From Escherichia phage grams: a stretch of 49,530 nt of DNA. A model generated the notes under the pieces. The model was given only the letters and a program-made list of their open reading frames with translations, was not told the origin of the DNA and made no database searches. Positions 37,331 to 46,800 of this stretch are shown one piece after another. The first letter of the stretch is position 1; each line of letters begins with the position of its first letter. A program made the translations under genes and the position numbers. The DNA lies in sequence record NC_049825.1; one strand, 5' to 3'.

Positions 37331-38698
37331 TTAACTCTCAAGAGTTGTCTGTTTGTTGATTAATGCAGAAACAGCCGCTTTCAGTTCTTCAACCTCCTTT
37401 TCAAGTTTTGCTATTTTTTCTTTGTTATCAACATCACGAGAACGTAGAGCCTTTATTGCAGCCAATCCATCAAGAAGCATTGGTGTTTGATCTAAATGAA
37501 GAATGCCGCCAATTTCTTTTGTGTATTCTCTATCTATCTTTCTGATTTGTTGAGATATAACGCCCCTTCTATAACTTCTTTCTGGGCCATCAGATAAATA
37601 TGAAAATATTTTAAAATCCATCCTGTTTATATTGTCTAAAGCGCCTTCAATATTAAGATTTCCCTTAATATTTTTCATTGTTTCATCTGATATTGCGTAA
37701 GTGGTTAGGCCAGCCCACGCACTCCATGCTCCAGATTCCATTGTTCTTGCATAAAATGACGAATTACGTGCTGACAACTGAAAAACATAATTATCTGGCG
37801 AACCAACATGAGGGATATTTATACCAAATGTAACTAGGCTAGACGCTCCATTTGTTGAGCCAGTAAAGAATCTATAATATTTTGTGGAGTTTAAATCGCT
37901 CCAGTCTGAATCACCATACTCAGCCCATGCCAATTTTTGATTTTTTGCATATTCCTCAGTGCTTTGATATCCAGTTCCTCCTTGATCAATTCCCAATGGT
38001 ATCCATCCAGGAGTATTATTTTTTGTAACTCCCCATTCACCATTGTTTGCAAGACTGAATTTATAATCACCAACAGTCATTACTGTTGACGTTGTTTCTT
38101 GTACAAATCTGTCTACGCTTAGGTTTTTTCTTGCTTCACCTTTATCTGCAACATCGCTAAGGTTGTTGTTTTTGTTAAGCATATTTGCCGGATTTATGCT
38201 ATCTGCATATTCTTTCGCCTTATCTTCAGAAGCCTTAGCGGCATTTTTTGAAGTCAGAGCATCAGAAGCAGATCTCGCTGCGGCATCCTTGCTTTGATTC
38301 GCAGACGCTGCGTTTTCTTCCACCTGTTTAGCCAAATCTTGATAATGCTTCCAATCAAACGTCTTAAAGAATTCCAGCGCTTCCCCGATCTCTGATTCTT
38401 TACTCTGATAGTAGCGCAATGTTTCCGCTACATCTTGAGCAAGCCCATCAACAGTTATTGAGTCATGAAGCAAGATCGCGTAATTTGAGCGAGCAACTAC
38501 CGCACCTCCAGTTGTAATTGCACGAATGCTTGTATCGTTGATAACTTCAGTTATTACAGCAATCTGCAACGGCTGAGTTAAAAATACAATGGTCGCACCA
38601 GGGCGAATGAGTGTTAGTTGCTCTCGCCATTTTGTGTCGTATCCAGTGATATAACCTTGTGCGTCCATTGACGCTTGTCCGGTTCTGTAAATTGCCAT
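37331..38698 (-). CDS. tail fibre protein with C-terminal intramolecular chaperone domain
   Basis: ATG at 38698 with RBS GGGAGA; Ala/Ser/Lys-rich repeats like fibre shafts; C-terminal region recalled as resembling autoproteolytic chaperone domains of T5 L-shaped fibre. Confidence 0.65.
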   Translation of the reverse strand: MAIYRTGQASMDAQGYITGYDTKWREQLTLIRPGATIVFLTQPLQIAVITEVINDTSIRAITTGGAVVARSNYAILLHDSITVDGLAQDVAETLRYYQSKESEIGEALEFFKTFDWKHYQDLAKQVEENAASANQSKDAAARSASDALTSKNAAKASEDKAKEYADSINPANMLNKNNNLSDVADKGEARKNLSVDRFVQETTSTVMTVGDYKFSLANNGEWGVTKNNTPGWIPLGIDQGGTGYQSTEEYAKNQKLAWAEYGDSDWSDLNSTKYYRFFTGSTNGASSLVTFGINIPHVGSPDNYVFQLSARNSSFYARTMESGAWSAWAGLTTYAISDETMKNIKGNLNIEGALDNINRMDFKIFSYLSDGPERSYRRGVISQQIRKIDREYTKEIGGILHLDQTPMLLDGLAAIKALRSRDVDNKEKIAKLEKEVEELKAAVSALINKQTTLES

Positions 38699-38761
38699 GC
38701 GTTTTCTCCCATGTTGCATGTTAATGTCAATGCAGATAATAGCATTTGCTAAGGCCAAAAA

Positions 38762-38780
38762 AAACCCCGCAATGCGGGGT
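38762..38780. terminator. hairpin terminator
   Basis: A-run then CCCCGCAATGCGGGG. Confidence 0.5.
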
Positions 38781-38796
38781 AAAGTAGCAGTGACAT

Positions 38797-39729
38797 TTAG
38801 AGAAGTGATTCAGGCTTGAAAACCTTCCTCTCTATCCCTTGCCTGTAATTATCATTAATCGGCATCATAATTTCAAGTCCTCTTTCCTCGGCAGCAATGA
38901 TCGCGTCACGATCTGTGCTCTTACAGACAACTCGCATTCTTCTGTTGCCTTTATACCTGTAAGCTACAATCTCAATGTTAGTTGCATCAAAGCAGGCCCA
39001 AACCTCCTGACCAGTTGCAAGGTGAATATGTTGCGCATCAATCCAGTCAACGCAAAGATAGATAGTCTTATCTGTACTTCCGGTTCTAACAATCGACCCT
39101 CGCGTGTAGTCCTTTGCTAGAAAAGACTGATTACCTTCTTCATCAATGAAAAGCACATTGCACATTTCATCATCAATTTCATCTGAATGTACCAGGTAAC
39201 ATGGTAACGCGTGAATGTATCGACCATCTTTAACGCCGCATTCATAATAACCATCTTCAGGAGGATATATCCCTTCATAGGTGCTTAGCGGCGTGCGATC
39301 AAATTTTAGTGTTTTTGACATAACGCGCTCGCAGCATTCATGGCTTGCCTGTTTCCCGAACGAATAACCAGAATCACGAGATACTCGCTTATTTGCCTTG
39401 ATCCTATAGTCCTGCGGAACTTTTCCAAGAAATCGGCCCAAAATATTGATCACTTCGCTGTAAGGTTCTCCGGTTAGCTTCATGATCCAACCAATTCCGG
39501 TATCATTACCGCACACGTTGCAGATCGCACCGCCATCGCCTTTTTTATCGCCAAGTTTATCCGTCCATCTGAAGCGATCCTTTCCGCCGCAGTTGGGGCA
39601 AGATTGATGCTTGCCGTTAAAAACTTCATTTGGAAGACCGCAAATACTTTGTAGCGCCTCACGCCACAATCCTTGCATATATGGGAGAACATCTTCCTTT
39701 TGATAAACCATAAAGTTTTCGTTATTCAT
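38797..39729 (-). CDS. DNA primase (zinc-finger type)
   Basis: ATG at 39729 with RBS GAGGTG; [12 protein letters not shown]...CNVCG zinc-binding motif. Confidence 0.6.
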   Translation of the reverse strand: MNNENFMVYQKEDVLPYMQGLWREALQSICGLPNEVFNGKHQSCPNCGGKDRFRWTDKLGDKKGDGGAICNVCGNDTGIGWIMKLTGEPYSEVINILGRFLGKVPQDYRIKANKRVSRDSGYSFGKQASHECCERVMSKTLKFDRTPLSTYEGIYPPEDGYYECGVKDGRYIHALPCYLVHSDEIDDEMCNVLFIDEEGNQSFLAKDYTRGSIVRTGSTDKTIYLCVDWIDAQHIHLATGQEVWACFDATNIEIVAYRYKGNRRMRVVCKSTDRDAIIAAEERGLEIMMPINDNYRQGIERKVFKPESLL

Positions 39730-39783
39730 ATACACCTCAAACAAAAAGCCTGACAGATGATAACATCATGCCAGGCATTGTTT

Positions 39784-40257
39784 TTAGCAATTAGTGCTTT
39801 CAGGTTTATACAGGAATCCGCCAGGTTCATAATCTGACATTCTTACCACTCGCAACATTTCACGCTTATCACATCTCTTTGTGAGCGGTTTACCATTGGA
39901 ATCAAATCGCAGATCTGGACGGCAGAATGACGCGCGATAGCCTTGGCAGCCATATTTTTTGTAATCGTTATGCACCTTTTGAGCGCCAGCGGCTGAAATC
40001 ATACCGCGAACACGCCACTGATTTACAGTTTGCTGGCTAACGTTAAGACGTTTTGCCATTGCTGACACACTTCCGTAATACTCAATAAGGATATCAAGTC
40101 GCGCTTTTAGCCCGGCACGCACCTCATCTTTTAAAACATAGTATCCTGTAGGGCGCTTGCGCTTTTTCTTATCTTTACCCCGTCGAGTTCCGTTATTGCC
40201 ATTAATTGTGCGCTTGTCAATCTTTCCTGTTGATACTGCGATTCGCTGTTCTTTCAT
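39784..40257 (-). CDS. HTH DNA-binding regulator
   Basis: 157 aa; helix-turn-helix AKRLNVSQQTVNQWRVRG; basic N-terminal region; RBS GGAGAA. Confidence 0.6.
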   Translation of the reverse strand: MKEQRIAVSTGKIDKRTINGNNGTRRGKDKKKRKRPTGYYVLKDEVRAGLKARLDILIEYYGSVSAMAKRLNVSQQTVNQWRVRGMISAAGAQKVHNDYKKYGCQGYRASFCRPDLRFDSNGKPLTKRCDKREMLRVVRMSDYEPGGFLYKPESTNC

Positions 40258-40268
40258 TATTCATTCTC

Positions 40269-40314
40269 CAATAGCATTTTTTGTTAAACGATGATTTAAT
40301 GATTGTGTATTATA
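40269..40314 (+). promoter_or_regulatory. conserved element (variant) plus -10 (TATTAT) for helicase operon
   Basis: CAATAGCATTTTTTGTTAAACG-N17-TATTAT. Confidence 0.5.
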
Positions 40315-40336
40315 CACGCCAAATGGCATTACTCAA
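40309..40336 (-). promoter_or_regulatory. sigma70 promoter for regulator/primase operon
   Basis: Minus strand TTGAGT-N16-TATAAT with TG extension; -10 lies in near-palindrome GTGTATTATACAC. Confidence 0.5.
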
Positions 40337-40346
40337 AGGTTTTAGA

Positions 40347-42392
40347 ATGATTCCAAACATTGAAAAGCAAATATCAGCACTTGGTGAAGCGGTAATTAAA
40401 TCCATTCAGGAGCGATTCACTGTTGGCGAGATTGTGCCTTACCCTTACCAGTGCGTTGCATACGCTGAGATCGCAAAGCGCATGAAAAATTATGAGCATC
40501 CATTCTTTGTTAAAGCGTCCGTATCGGCTGGAAAAACATTGATGTTTGCAATGGTTGCTCACCAGTGCCGGAAAATGGGCTTGAAAATGATGGTCCTTGC
40601 TCGCCAGGCTGAGATTGTGGATCAGGATTCTGAAGAGATAACAAATCTTGGCGTGCCGAACTCCATCTATTGTGCAGGACTGAAGACAAAAAGCGCATAC
40701 TTTCCGATCGTTGTTGGTTCTGAGGGAACTGTAGTTAATGGACTGTTTAAAGCGCTTGGCGACTATGTTCCGCACGTTATCGGGATTGACGAGTGTCACC
40801 AGGTGGATTGGGAAGACCTTGCCGACGCCATAGAGAAAGACGAGTCATTTTTACAAATGACGACGAAGAAAGGCGAAAAAGTACCAAATCCAGATTATGA
40901 CATAACAAAGGGAAGCAGGAACAGAAATACAGAGTTCCTGATTGGTGAGGATGGCTTGCCAATGGAGGGAACAGGCCGCACGCAATACACTGTCATTATC
41001 ATGGAAATGATGCGACGTTGCAGGAAAGCATACGGTCATGAACTGCGCATCTTTGGTATGACTGGATCGGAGTTTCGCGGCGTAGTTCCAATACTGGTAG
41101 AAGATAAAAAGCAGAAAGGATTTTGGCGTGAACAGGTTACTAATATTGACACCAACTACCTAATCAAGTTCGGTTCTGTTGTTCCGACTAATTTTGGCGA
41201 CGTTGGCGATCTCGGGTATGACCTTTCAGAGTTTGAGGCATCCAGTGAGGATGGCGTTGCAGACTTTGACGCTAAAACGCTTCGTAGGATGGAACAAAAA
41301 ATTCATGAAGAAGCGACCATGACAAAGCGCATCATGGCGAAAGTGCACGAGATCTGTAAAAACCGTAACGGTGTACTTGTGACATGTGCAGGCGAAAGGC
41401 ACTGTAAAGAGGCAGCGGCAGCATTGCCGCCTGGAACGACTTACAGGATCATTACTGGTAAGACTGGCGATAACCAGCGCAAGGAGTGGTTGAAAGAAGC
41501 ATACGAGGGAAAGGTTAAATACATCTTCCAGGTGCAGGCGCTAACTACTGGCGTTAACGTGCCGTTTTGGGATACGTCTGTTATTCTGCGTAAGATTGGA
41601 TCTCTTACGTTGCTGATTCAGCTTTTAGGTCGCGGAATGCGACTACTTAAGAAGTGGCATAAGGAGCAAGGATTCCAGAAGGATGATCATCTAGTCATGG
41701 ATTTTTCAGGAACGATGGACGAGCTAGGGGAGCTTTATTTTGATCCGATACTGGAACAGGCGCAGCACCAGAAGCGATTTAGGAACGGTAAAGATCCGAA
41801 GCCTTGTCCTGTTTGCGGAACTCTTAACAGCTATTATGCTCGTCGTTGTATGAACGTAGATGAAAACGGCAACAGATGCGAGTGGTTCTTTAAATTCAGG
41901 ACATGTGATGATCAGATTGACCCGCGCACTAAAAAGATTATTCATCGCGGTTGCGGAACGAAGAATGATATTGCGGCCAGGGTATGCAGACATTGCGACA
42001 TGTCATTGATTGACCCTAACGAGAAGTTAAGCGGAAAGCACTACACAAAAAACGACTGGTTCCAAGTGCAATCTTTCGCGGTTGACATGACGAAAAACCA
42101 GAAAGGGATAATATTTAATTATGAGCTTTCCGATGGCATAGATACTTTCAAGGCGAGAGAGATATTTTTCCCTGAATCTGAAAGCCAAATTTGTCGCGCA
42201 AAATGGCGAAGCGTTGCTCTTAAGCACATACCAGATCGCCGTGTCGCTGGCATGGTCGCGAGCTATCGTAATGCACGTAAAATCATGCAATATGTGAATC
42301 ACATTATGCCACCATCGCGTGTGACTCACCGCAAGACGAGCAAGGGCGAAGATAATTTGTACAAGAAGGAATTTAATTATGGCAATGACTGA
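40347..42392 (+). CDS. superfamily 2 DNA helicase with C-terminal zinc ribbon
   Basis: Walker A SVSAGKTL, DECH box IGIDECHQV, motif VI QLLGRGMR; CxxC pairs near C-terminus; start at 40347 chosen for SD. Confidence 0.75.
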   Translation: MIPNIEKQISALGEAVIKSIQERFTVGEIVPYPYQCVAYAEIAKRMKNYEHPFFVKASVSAGKTLMFAMVAHQCRKMGLKMMVLARQAEIVDQDSEEITNLGVPNSIYCAGLKTKSAYFPIVVGSEGTVVNGLFKALGDYVPHVIGIDECHQVDWEDLADAIEKDESFLQMTTKKGEKVPNPDYDITKGSRNRNTEFLIGEDGLPMEGTGRTQYTVIIMEMMRRCRKAYGHELRIFGMTGSEFRGVVPILVEDKKQKGFWREQVTNIDTNYLIKFGSVVPTNFGDVGDLGYDLSEFEASSEDGVADFDAKTLRRMEQKIHEEATMTKRIMAKVHEICKNRNGVLVTCAGERHCKEAAAALPPGTTYRIITGKTGDNQRKEWLKEAYEGKVKYIFQVQALTTGVNVPFWDTSVILRKIGSLTLLIQLLGRGMRLLKKWHKEQGFQKDDHLVMDFSGTMDELGELYFDPILEQAQHQKRFRNGKDPKPCPVCGTLNSYYARRCMNVDENGNRCEWFFKFRTCDDQIDPRTKKIIHRGCGTKNDIAARVCRHCDMSLIDPNEKLSGKHYTKNDWFQVQSFAVDMTKNQKGIIFNYELSDGIDTFKAREIFFPESESQICRAKWRSVALKHIPDRRVAGMVASYRNARKIMQYVNHIMPPSRVTHRKTSKGEDNLYKKEFNYGND

Positions 42393-42798
42393 TAAAGGCG
42401 ATTATCTGGAGTTTTACGAAAGAGATCCGACAGATACGCTAAAAGAGGAATCTCACCAGATCGGGGCGTTTCAATGGTTAACTTATGCTCATCCTGAATT
42501 ACTGGCATGGCATACGAAAAACGAGGGCGACAAGGGGATCGCCACCGCAATGATGGATCAGCAAGCTGGGCTTGTTAAGGGCGTAAGTGATTTTATCATC
42601 CTGATTGGATTAAAAGGTCGTTACCCGTTCGCGGCAATTGAGATGAAGCGCGTCAATAAGTCCGGCAAGGGTAAGGCTTCACCAGTCAGCAAGGACCAAA
42701 AAGCCTTCTTGCGTCGTGTGCGTGAGCTTGGCGGATTCGCTGCCGTAACATACGGATATAAGCAATTCATGATCGCGGTAGAATACATGATGAAATAG
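42379..42798 (+). CDS. VRR-NUC domain nuclease
   Basis: 139 aa; SDFIILIG...AIEMK block fits PD-(D/E)XK of VRR-NUC; overlaps helicase stop. Confidence 0.55.
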   Translation: MAMTDKGDYLEFYERDPTDTLKEESHQIGAFQWLTYAHPELLAWHTKNEGDKGIATAMMDQQAGLVKGVSDFIILIGLKGRYPFAAIEMKRVNKSGKGKASPVSKDQKAFLRRVRELGGFAAVTYGYKQFMIAVEYMMK

Positions 42799-42838
42799 CA
42801 CTTTTTGTTAAAACAGGCGCGAAGGATTGCGCCATAAT
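42793..42838 (+). promoter_or_regulatory. conserved 22-bp element plus -10 (CATAAT)
   Basis: AAATAGCACTTTTTGTTAAAAC-N18-CATAAT; spacer contains GGCGC...GCGCC dyad; stop TAG inside element. Confidence 0.55.
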
Positions 42839-42872
42839 AACGCCAGTTCAACAAGCAACAGGTAATTAAGAA

Positions 42873-43574
42873 ATGAGTAAAGAAACTGAAGTGACATTTG
42901 AACAAATAGAACGCGAAACATTCATTGGCAATGCTCTTGCTACTGGTGGTCATTACCAGGCTGTTAAACCAAATCAATATTTCAAAGTGACTGGCAACCG
43001 CTATAACGGCAGCAATACGCCGGACATTGTGCGCGATTTGTGGTCTACTCCGTATGAGCTTGTCGCATGGATGGAAAGTGAATACGGTGATTATGACATC
43101 GACGCGGCTGCAAGCAAAGAAAATGCTGTATGTGAAAAATTCTACAGCAAGGAAACAAATTGCTTAAAGCGTTGGTGGGGTAGTAACAAGCATATATGGC
43201 TTAATCCACCGTACAGCAATATTACGCCATTTGTTAAGAAGGCGATTGAGCAAATGGAGCACAACAACCAGATCGACATGCTGTTACCTTGCGACACATC
43301 AACAGGATGGTTTTATGAAGCGCAACAGCGCGCAGCGGAAATCATCTGGATCACTGGCGAAGTTTACCAGGAAGACGGAACAGAATATTCCCGCACAGGA
43401 CGCCTTGCGTTTACCTCTGCTCTTACAGGTAAACCAGTGCAGGGCAACAACAAAGGCAGCGTTATTTTCATCATGCGCGAACTAAAAGAAGGTGAGCAGC
43501 AGAAAACGCGATACGTTAAAATCAGCGACATTTGCCCTTCGGTGGCAGACCGTCGCGCACGGAAACGGAGCTAA
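42873..43574 (+). CDS. DNA N6-adenine methyltransferase (Dam-like)
   Basis: 233 aa; NPPY catalytic motif (WLNPPYSN); RBS AAGAAATG context. Confidence 0.7.
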   Translation: MSKETEVTFEQIERETFIGNALATGGHYQAVKPNQYFKVTGNRYNGSNTPDIVRDLWSTPYELVAWMESEYGDYDIDAAASKENAVCEKFYSKETNCLKRWWGSNKHIWLNPPYSNITPFVKKAIEQMEHNNQIDMLLPCDTSTGWFYEAQQRAAEIIWITGEVYQEDGTEYSRTGRLAFTSALTGKPVQGNNKGSVIFIMRELKEGEQQKTRYVKISDICPSVADRRARKRS

Positions 43575-43578
43575 AACC

Positions 43579-43836
43579 ATGCAGAAAGAAAGAAGAGTTT
43601 TACTTAATGAAGATGGCGAATTTCTTTTGTATCGCGCTATGGTATGCGATGCACTTGATAAAAACCCTAACGTGAAAAAGATGATTGATTGCGATCCGTG
43701 GGAATTTTCAAGCGCATTAGATATGAGCTTTGAGGAGACAAAAAAACTCCCGCTTGAAAAATGGCACGAACAAATCAGAAATGACATGCAAGAATTTGTC
43801 GATTCTTGGAATTTTAAGAACGGAATGATCCACTAA
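43579..43836 (+). CDS. hypothetical protein (85 aa)
   Basis: Internal ATG of track ORF with RBS GGAGC. Confidence 0.45.
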   Translation: MQKERRVLLNEDGEFLLYRAMVCDALDKNPNVKKMIDCDPWEFSSALDMSFEETKKLPLEKWHEQIRNDMQEFVDSWNFKNGMIH

Positions 43837-43879
43837 TAGCACTTTTTGTTAAAACGCCCGGCCTTGTGTCGGGCATAAT
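43834..43879 (+). promoter_or_regulatory. conserved 22-bp element plus -10 (CATAAT)
   Basis: TAATAGCACTTTTTGTTAAAAC-N18-CATAAT; spacer GCCCG...CGGGC dyad; stop TAA inside element. Confidence 0.55.
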
Positions 43880-43911
43880 TATTTCATCAAAACGAACAAG
43901 AGGAAAACAAA

Positions 43912-44091
43912 ATGGTTGTTTACGATCCACGCGCTTTTAAAATTGCTCAAGAAGTTTCACGCGAATCTGTTGCTGGCGGTTCGGTTAACGGCTATCAGTT
44001 TGATTGGTCGGCAGCAATGACCTTGCTTAAGGTTGCATATGGTCACGCGCCAATTGAAACAGCGGAGGAATATTATAAGCATGAAGGTTGA
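43912..44091 (+). CDS. hypothetical small protein (59 aa)
   Basis: Strong RBS AAGAGGAAAACAAA; below track cut-off. Confidence 0.4.
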   Translation: MVVYDPRAFKIAQEVSRESVAGGSVNGYQFDWSAAMTLLKVAYGHAPIETAEEYYKHEG

Positions 44092-44323
44092 ACAAGGTAG
44101 GCAGGCTGTATGGGATCACGCAAAGGAATGCGGGATCGCAGAAGACATATCCAGGATAGCGAAATATTTTGATATTGCTGACATAAGCATTATCAGCGGC
44201 GACAAAATGACATTTCTCAATGAACGCCCGCGCAAGATGCATCGTGTCCCAGCAATACCAACAAAGATTGATTTCAAAGAGGCTATGGCGAAAATTCGCG
44301 AGCCGCGCAAATACTACAAATGA
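44081..44323 (+). CDS. hypothetical protein (80 aa); start uncertain (44039 or 44081)
   Basis: In frame with track ORF 44033..44323. Confidence 0.4.
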   Translation: MKVEQGRQAVWDHAKECGIAEDISRIAKYFDIADISIISGDKMTFLNERPRKMHRVPAIPTKIDFKEAMAKIREPRKYYK

Positions 44324-44421
44324 GGATTATTATCATGTGGCGTTTGTTACTTTTGCCCTTACCTGTTATGATGTCGATCTCTATTGTATATGTTGTCATA
44401 ATGAGATAAGGAGAATTTTTG

Positions 44422-45537
44422 ATGAAGCAAATCAAAATCACAGATGAACAATTTATCAATGAGCGCAAGCAGGGAAAGACATATAAGCAGATCGCTAATG
44501 AGTATGGCATGAACGTTCGCAGCATTGAGCGCCGCGCAGCACGACTTGCAAAGAAGGGAGAGATTGACACAAAAGGTGCGCCAGGATTTGGGATTGCTCG
44601 TGAATCTGTTTTACGACGCGCCAACGGTGAAGAAGTAATGAGATGGACAATCACCACTCGCGACAAAGAACAGTTAGAAGCATTAATGCAGGCCGCTATT
44701 GATGCATTTAGCGAAGAAGTCCCTCGACTTGATCCGCAGCAAGAATCACAAAAGGATTATAGCGAGACGTTATCACTGTATCCGATCTTTGATATGCACC
44801 TGGGCGCAATGGCGCATAAGCATGAATGCGGCGAGAATTGGGATACAGCAACAGCAGAGCGCGTAATGAATAATTTCATTGACTATTCCATCCAGTGCGC
44901 GCCGGATAGTGAAAAAGCTGTTTTGCTGATTGGTGGTGATATGCTTCACAGCGACGGACTGGAAGCGGTAACACCTGCAAGCGGTCACGTATTGGATCAA
45001 GATAGTCGATACGCAAAACTGGTTTACGTTGCCATCCGGTCAGTGCGTCGAGCAATCACAAAGCTGTTATCAAAACACAAAAACGTAGAGATTCAGATCA
45101 TTGAAGGCAACCACGACCAAAGCGGCATGATCTGGTTGCGCGCAGCAATGGCGGCAGCATATGAGAATGAGCCGCGAGTGCATGTTGATGTGTCTCCGCG
45201 AGTAGTTCATCACACACAATATGGCAAAACGTTCCTGGCATACCATCACGGGCATACTATCCGCAAACCTGAAACATTGCTCATGATGTGCGCGGCAGAC
45301 TGGCGCGAAGATTTCGGCAATTCAAAAATGATGTATGCTCACGTAGGGCACTGGCATCATCAGACAGTAACTGAAACAAGCCTTGGCATTGTTGAAGTGC
45401 ATAGCACTATGGCGGCAAAAGATGCATATGCTGCGCGCGGTGGATGGCGTTCTCGTCGCCGTGCGGCTGTTATTGTTTATGATAAAGAATACGGAGAAGT
45501 AGGGCGATTTATGCATTATCCAGAAATGGCTGGTTGA
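44422..45537 (+). CDS. metallophosphoesterase with N-terminal HTH-like domain
   Basis: Calcineurin-like motifs DMHLG, GGDMLH, GNHD, GHWHH; N-terminal YKQIANEYGMNVRSIERRAARL; RBS AAGGAG. Confidence 0.6.
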   Translation: MKQIKITDEQFINERKQGKTYKQIANEYGMNVRSIERRAARLAKKGEIDTKGAPGFGIARESVLRRANGEEVMRWTITTRDKEQLEALMQAAIDAFSEEVPRLDPQQESQKDYSETLSLYPIFDMHLGAMAHKHECGENWDTATAERVMNNFIDYSIQCAPDSEKAVLLIGGDMLHSDGLEAVTPASGHVLDQDSRYAKLVYVAIRSVRRAITKLLSKHKNVEIQIIEGNHDQSGMIWLRAAMAAAYENEPRVHVDVSPRVVHHTQYGKTFLAYHHGHTIRKPETLLMMCAADWREDFGNSKMMYAHVGHWHHQTVTETSLGIVEVHSTMAAKDAYAARGGWRSRRRAAVIVYDKEYGEVGRFMHYPEMAG

Positions 45538-45579
45538 ACTTTTAATCATTAAAATATAAATATAAATCATCAATTTAAT

Positions 45580-45612
45580 TGGGCGTGGCATTTTGCTTCG
45601 CCCTTTTTTTAT
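45580..45612 (+). terminator. intrinsic terminator
   Basis: GGGCG...CGCCC stem plus T-run. Confidence 0.6.
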
Positions 45613-45683
45613 TCCTTTTTGTGCGTTCAATGGTTAGGATACAATCAATTAATTGTTGACTTTTATCTACAGGAGATCTAATT

Positions 45684-45899
45684 ATGAAAGATTTTTTAAA
45701 CGCTGCAACTTCCGGCACTGGCGGCGCGTCAATCACTGGCGCGGTAACTGGTCAAACAACTATTGCAATAGCCAGCTTCGTTTTGATGGCTGCATTTGGT
45801 ATGTGGGGCGCTTATCTTCGTTGGCGTGATAGTAAGGCGCTACGTGACGCGCTTGAATGCGGTGATATTAAGAAGGCTATTGAAATCAGGGGTAAATAA
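45684..45899 (+). CDS. holin (pinholin-like)
   Basis: 71 aa; Gly/Ala/Thr-rich hydrophobic segments; directly upstream of endolysin; RBS CAGGAG. Confidence 0.6.
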   Translation: MKDFLNAATSGTGGASITGAVTGQTTIAIASFVLMAAFGMWGAYLRWRDSKALRDALECGDIKKAIEIRGK

Positions 45900-46387
45900 T
45901 GAGCATAAAACAAAGAGTGACCGCTGCGGCTTTTGGCGTTGCTCTTGCTCTTACTTCTCCATTACTGGAGGAAATAGAAGGAGTAAAATATAAGCCGTAC
46001 AAAGATATTGCTGGAATATGGACGGTTTGCGCCGGAATAACTGGACCTGACGTAATACTAGGTAAGACGTACACACAGAGAGAGTGCGATGCGCTACTGG
46101 CAAAGCATATCAAGATCGCAAAGGATGAAGTTGATAAGCGCGTGAAGGTTGATATTCCTGATACAATGCGCGCGGCAATGTATTCATTCACGTATAATGC
46201 TGGCACTGGTGCTTTTAGAAATTCAACCATGCTTAAGCTGATTAATAAAGGCCGTTACATGGAAGCGTGCGATCAGTTATGGCGATGGACCAAATACACC
46301 AATCCAAAAACAGGAAAGAAAGAAACGTCTAAAGGACTGCGCAACCGCCGCGCCGTGGAATTTAAATATTGCATTAAGGAACTGTAA
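45899..46387 (+). CDS. SAR endolysin (lysozyme)
   Basis: 162 aa; weakly hydrophobic N-terminal segment [17 protein letters not shown]; E-x8-D-x5-T catalytic spacing; sequence recalled as closely resembling phage 21 R. Confidence 0.8.
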   Translation: MSIKQRVTAAAFGVALALTSPLLEEIEGVKYKPYKDIAGIWTVCAGITGPDVILGKTYTQRECDALLAKHIKIAKDEVDKRVKVDIPDTMRAAMYSFTYNAGTGAFRNSTMLKLINKGRYMEACDQLWRWTKYTNPKTGKKETSKGLRNRRAVEFKYCIKEL

Positions 46388-46389
46388 TT

Positions 46390-46776
46390 ATGAGAAAGTT
46401 ATCAGTAATCGCGATCGCTGTTATCTTGTCTGGATGTTCAAGCGTTATGCCACTGACCGGATTGATAGGAAGCAAGCCTGAAATAACAGCACAGGCTGGC
46501 GCGGAGAACGTTAAGCAGACAGTTGGCGTTACCGCAAAGCAGGACGCCAGCACAAAACAGGAAACCACAATAAAGGAATCTGCGGTTGATAAGGTGGACA
46601 CGTCCAGCAAGAAGGATTTCACAACATCAACCATTCAGGCCAATACCATCAAGGCTGATAAAATCCAGGTCGTGCAGGGTAATAACGGCAGATGGTACGA
46701 CCCCGTAATCATATGCGTGGTTGTGTTCCTTGTGCTGATTTGTCTTTACTGGAGGGAAAAGAAAAAGGAGGCTTAA
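46390..46776 (+). CDS. unimolecular spanin
   Basis: 128 aa; N-terminal lipobox ILSGC and C-terminal TM helix VIICVVVFLVLICLYW, the arrangement described for T1 gp11. Confidence 0.7.
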   Translation: MRKLSVIAIAVILSGCSSVMPLTGLIGSKPEITAQAGAENVKQTVGVTAKQDASTKQETTIKESAVDKVDTSSKKDFTTSTIQANTIKADKIQVVQGNNGRWYDPVIICVVVFLVLICLYWREKKKEA

Positions 46777-46800
46777 CGCCTCCTTTATTTTTATGCGTCG
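46770..46800. terminator. bidirectional intrinsic terminator
   Basis: GGAGGCTTAACGCCTCC flanked by A-run and T-run. Confidence 0.7.

Noticed and set aside
40305-40317. Palindrome GTGTATTATACAC as a LexA (SOS) box
   Set aside because: Does not fit CTGT-N8-ACAG spacing or sequence; better explained as overlapping divergent -10 elements and a possible operator for the adjacent regulator.
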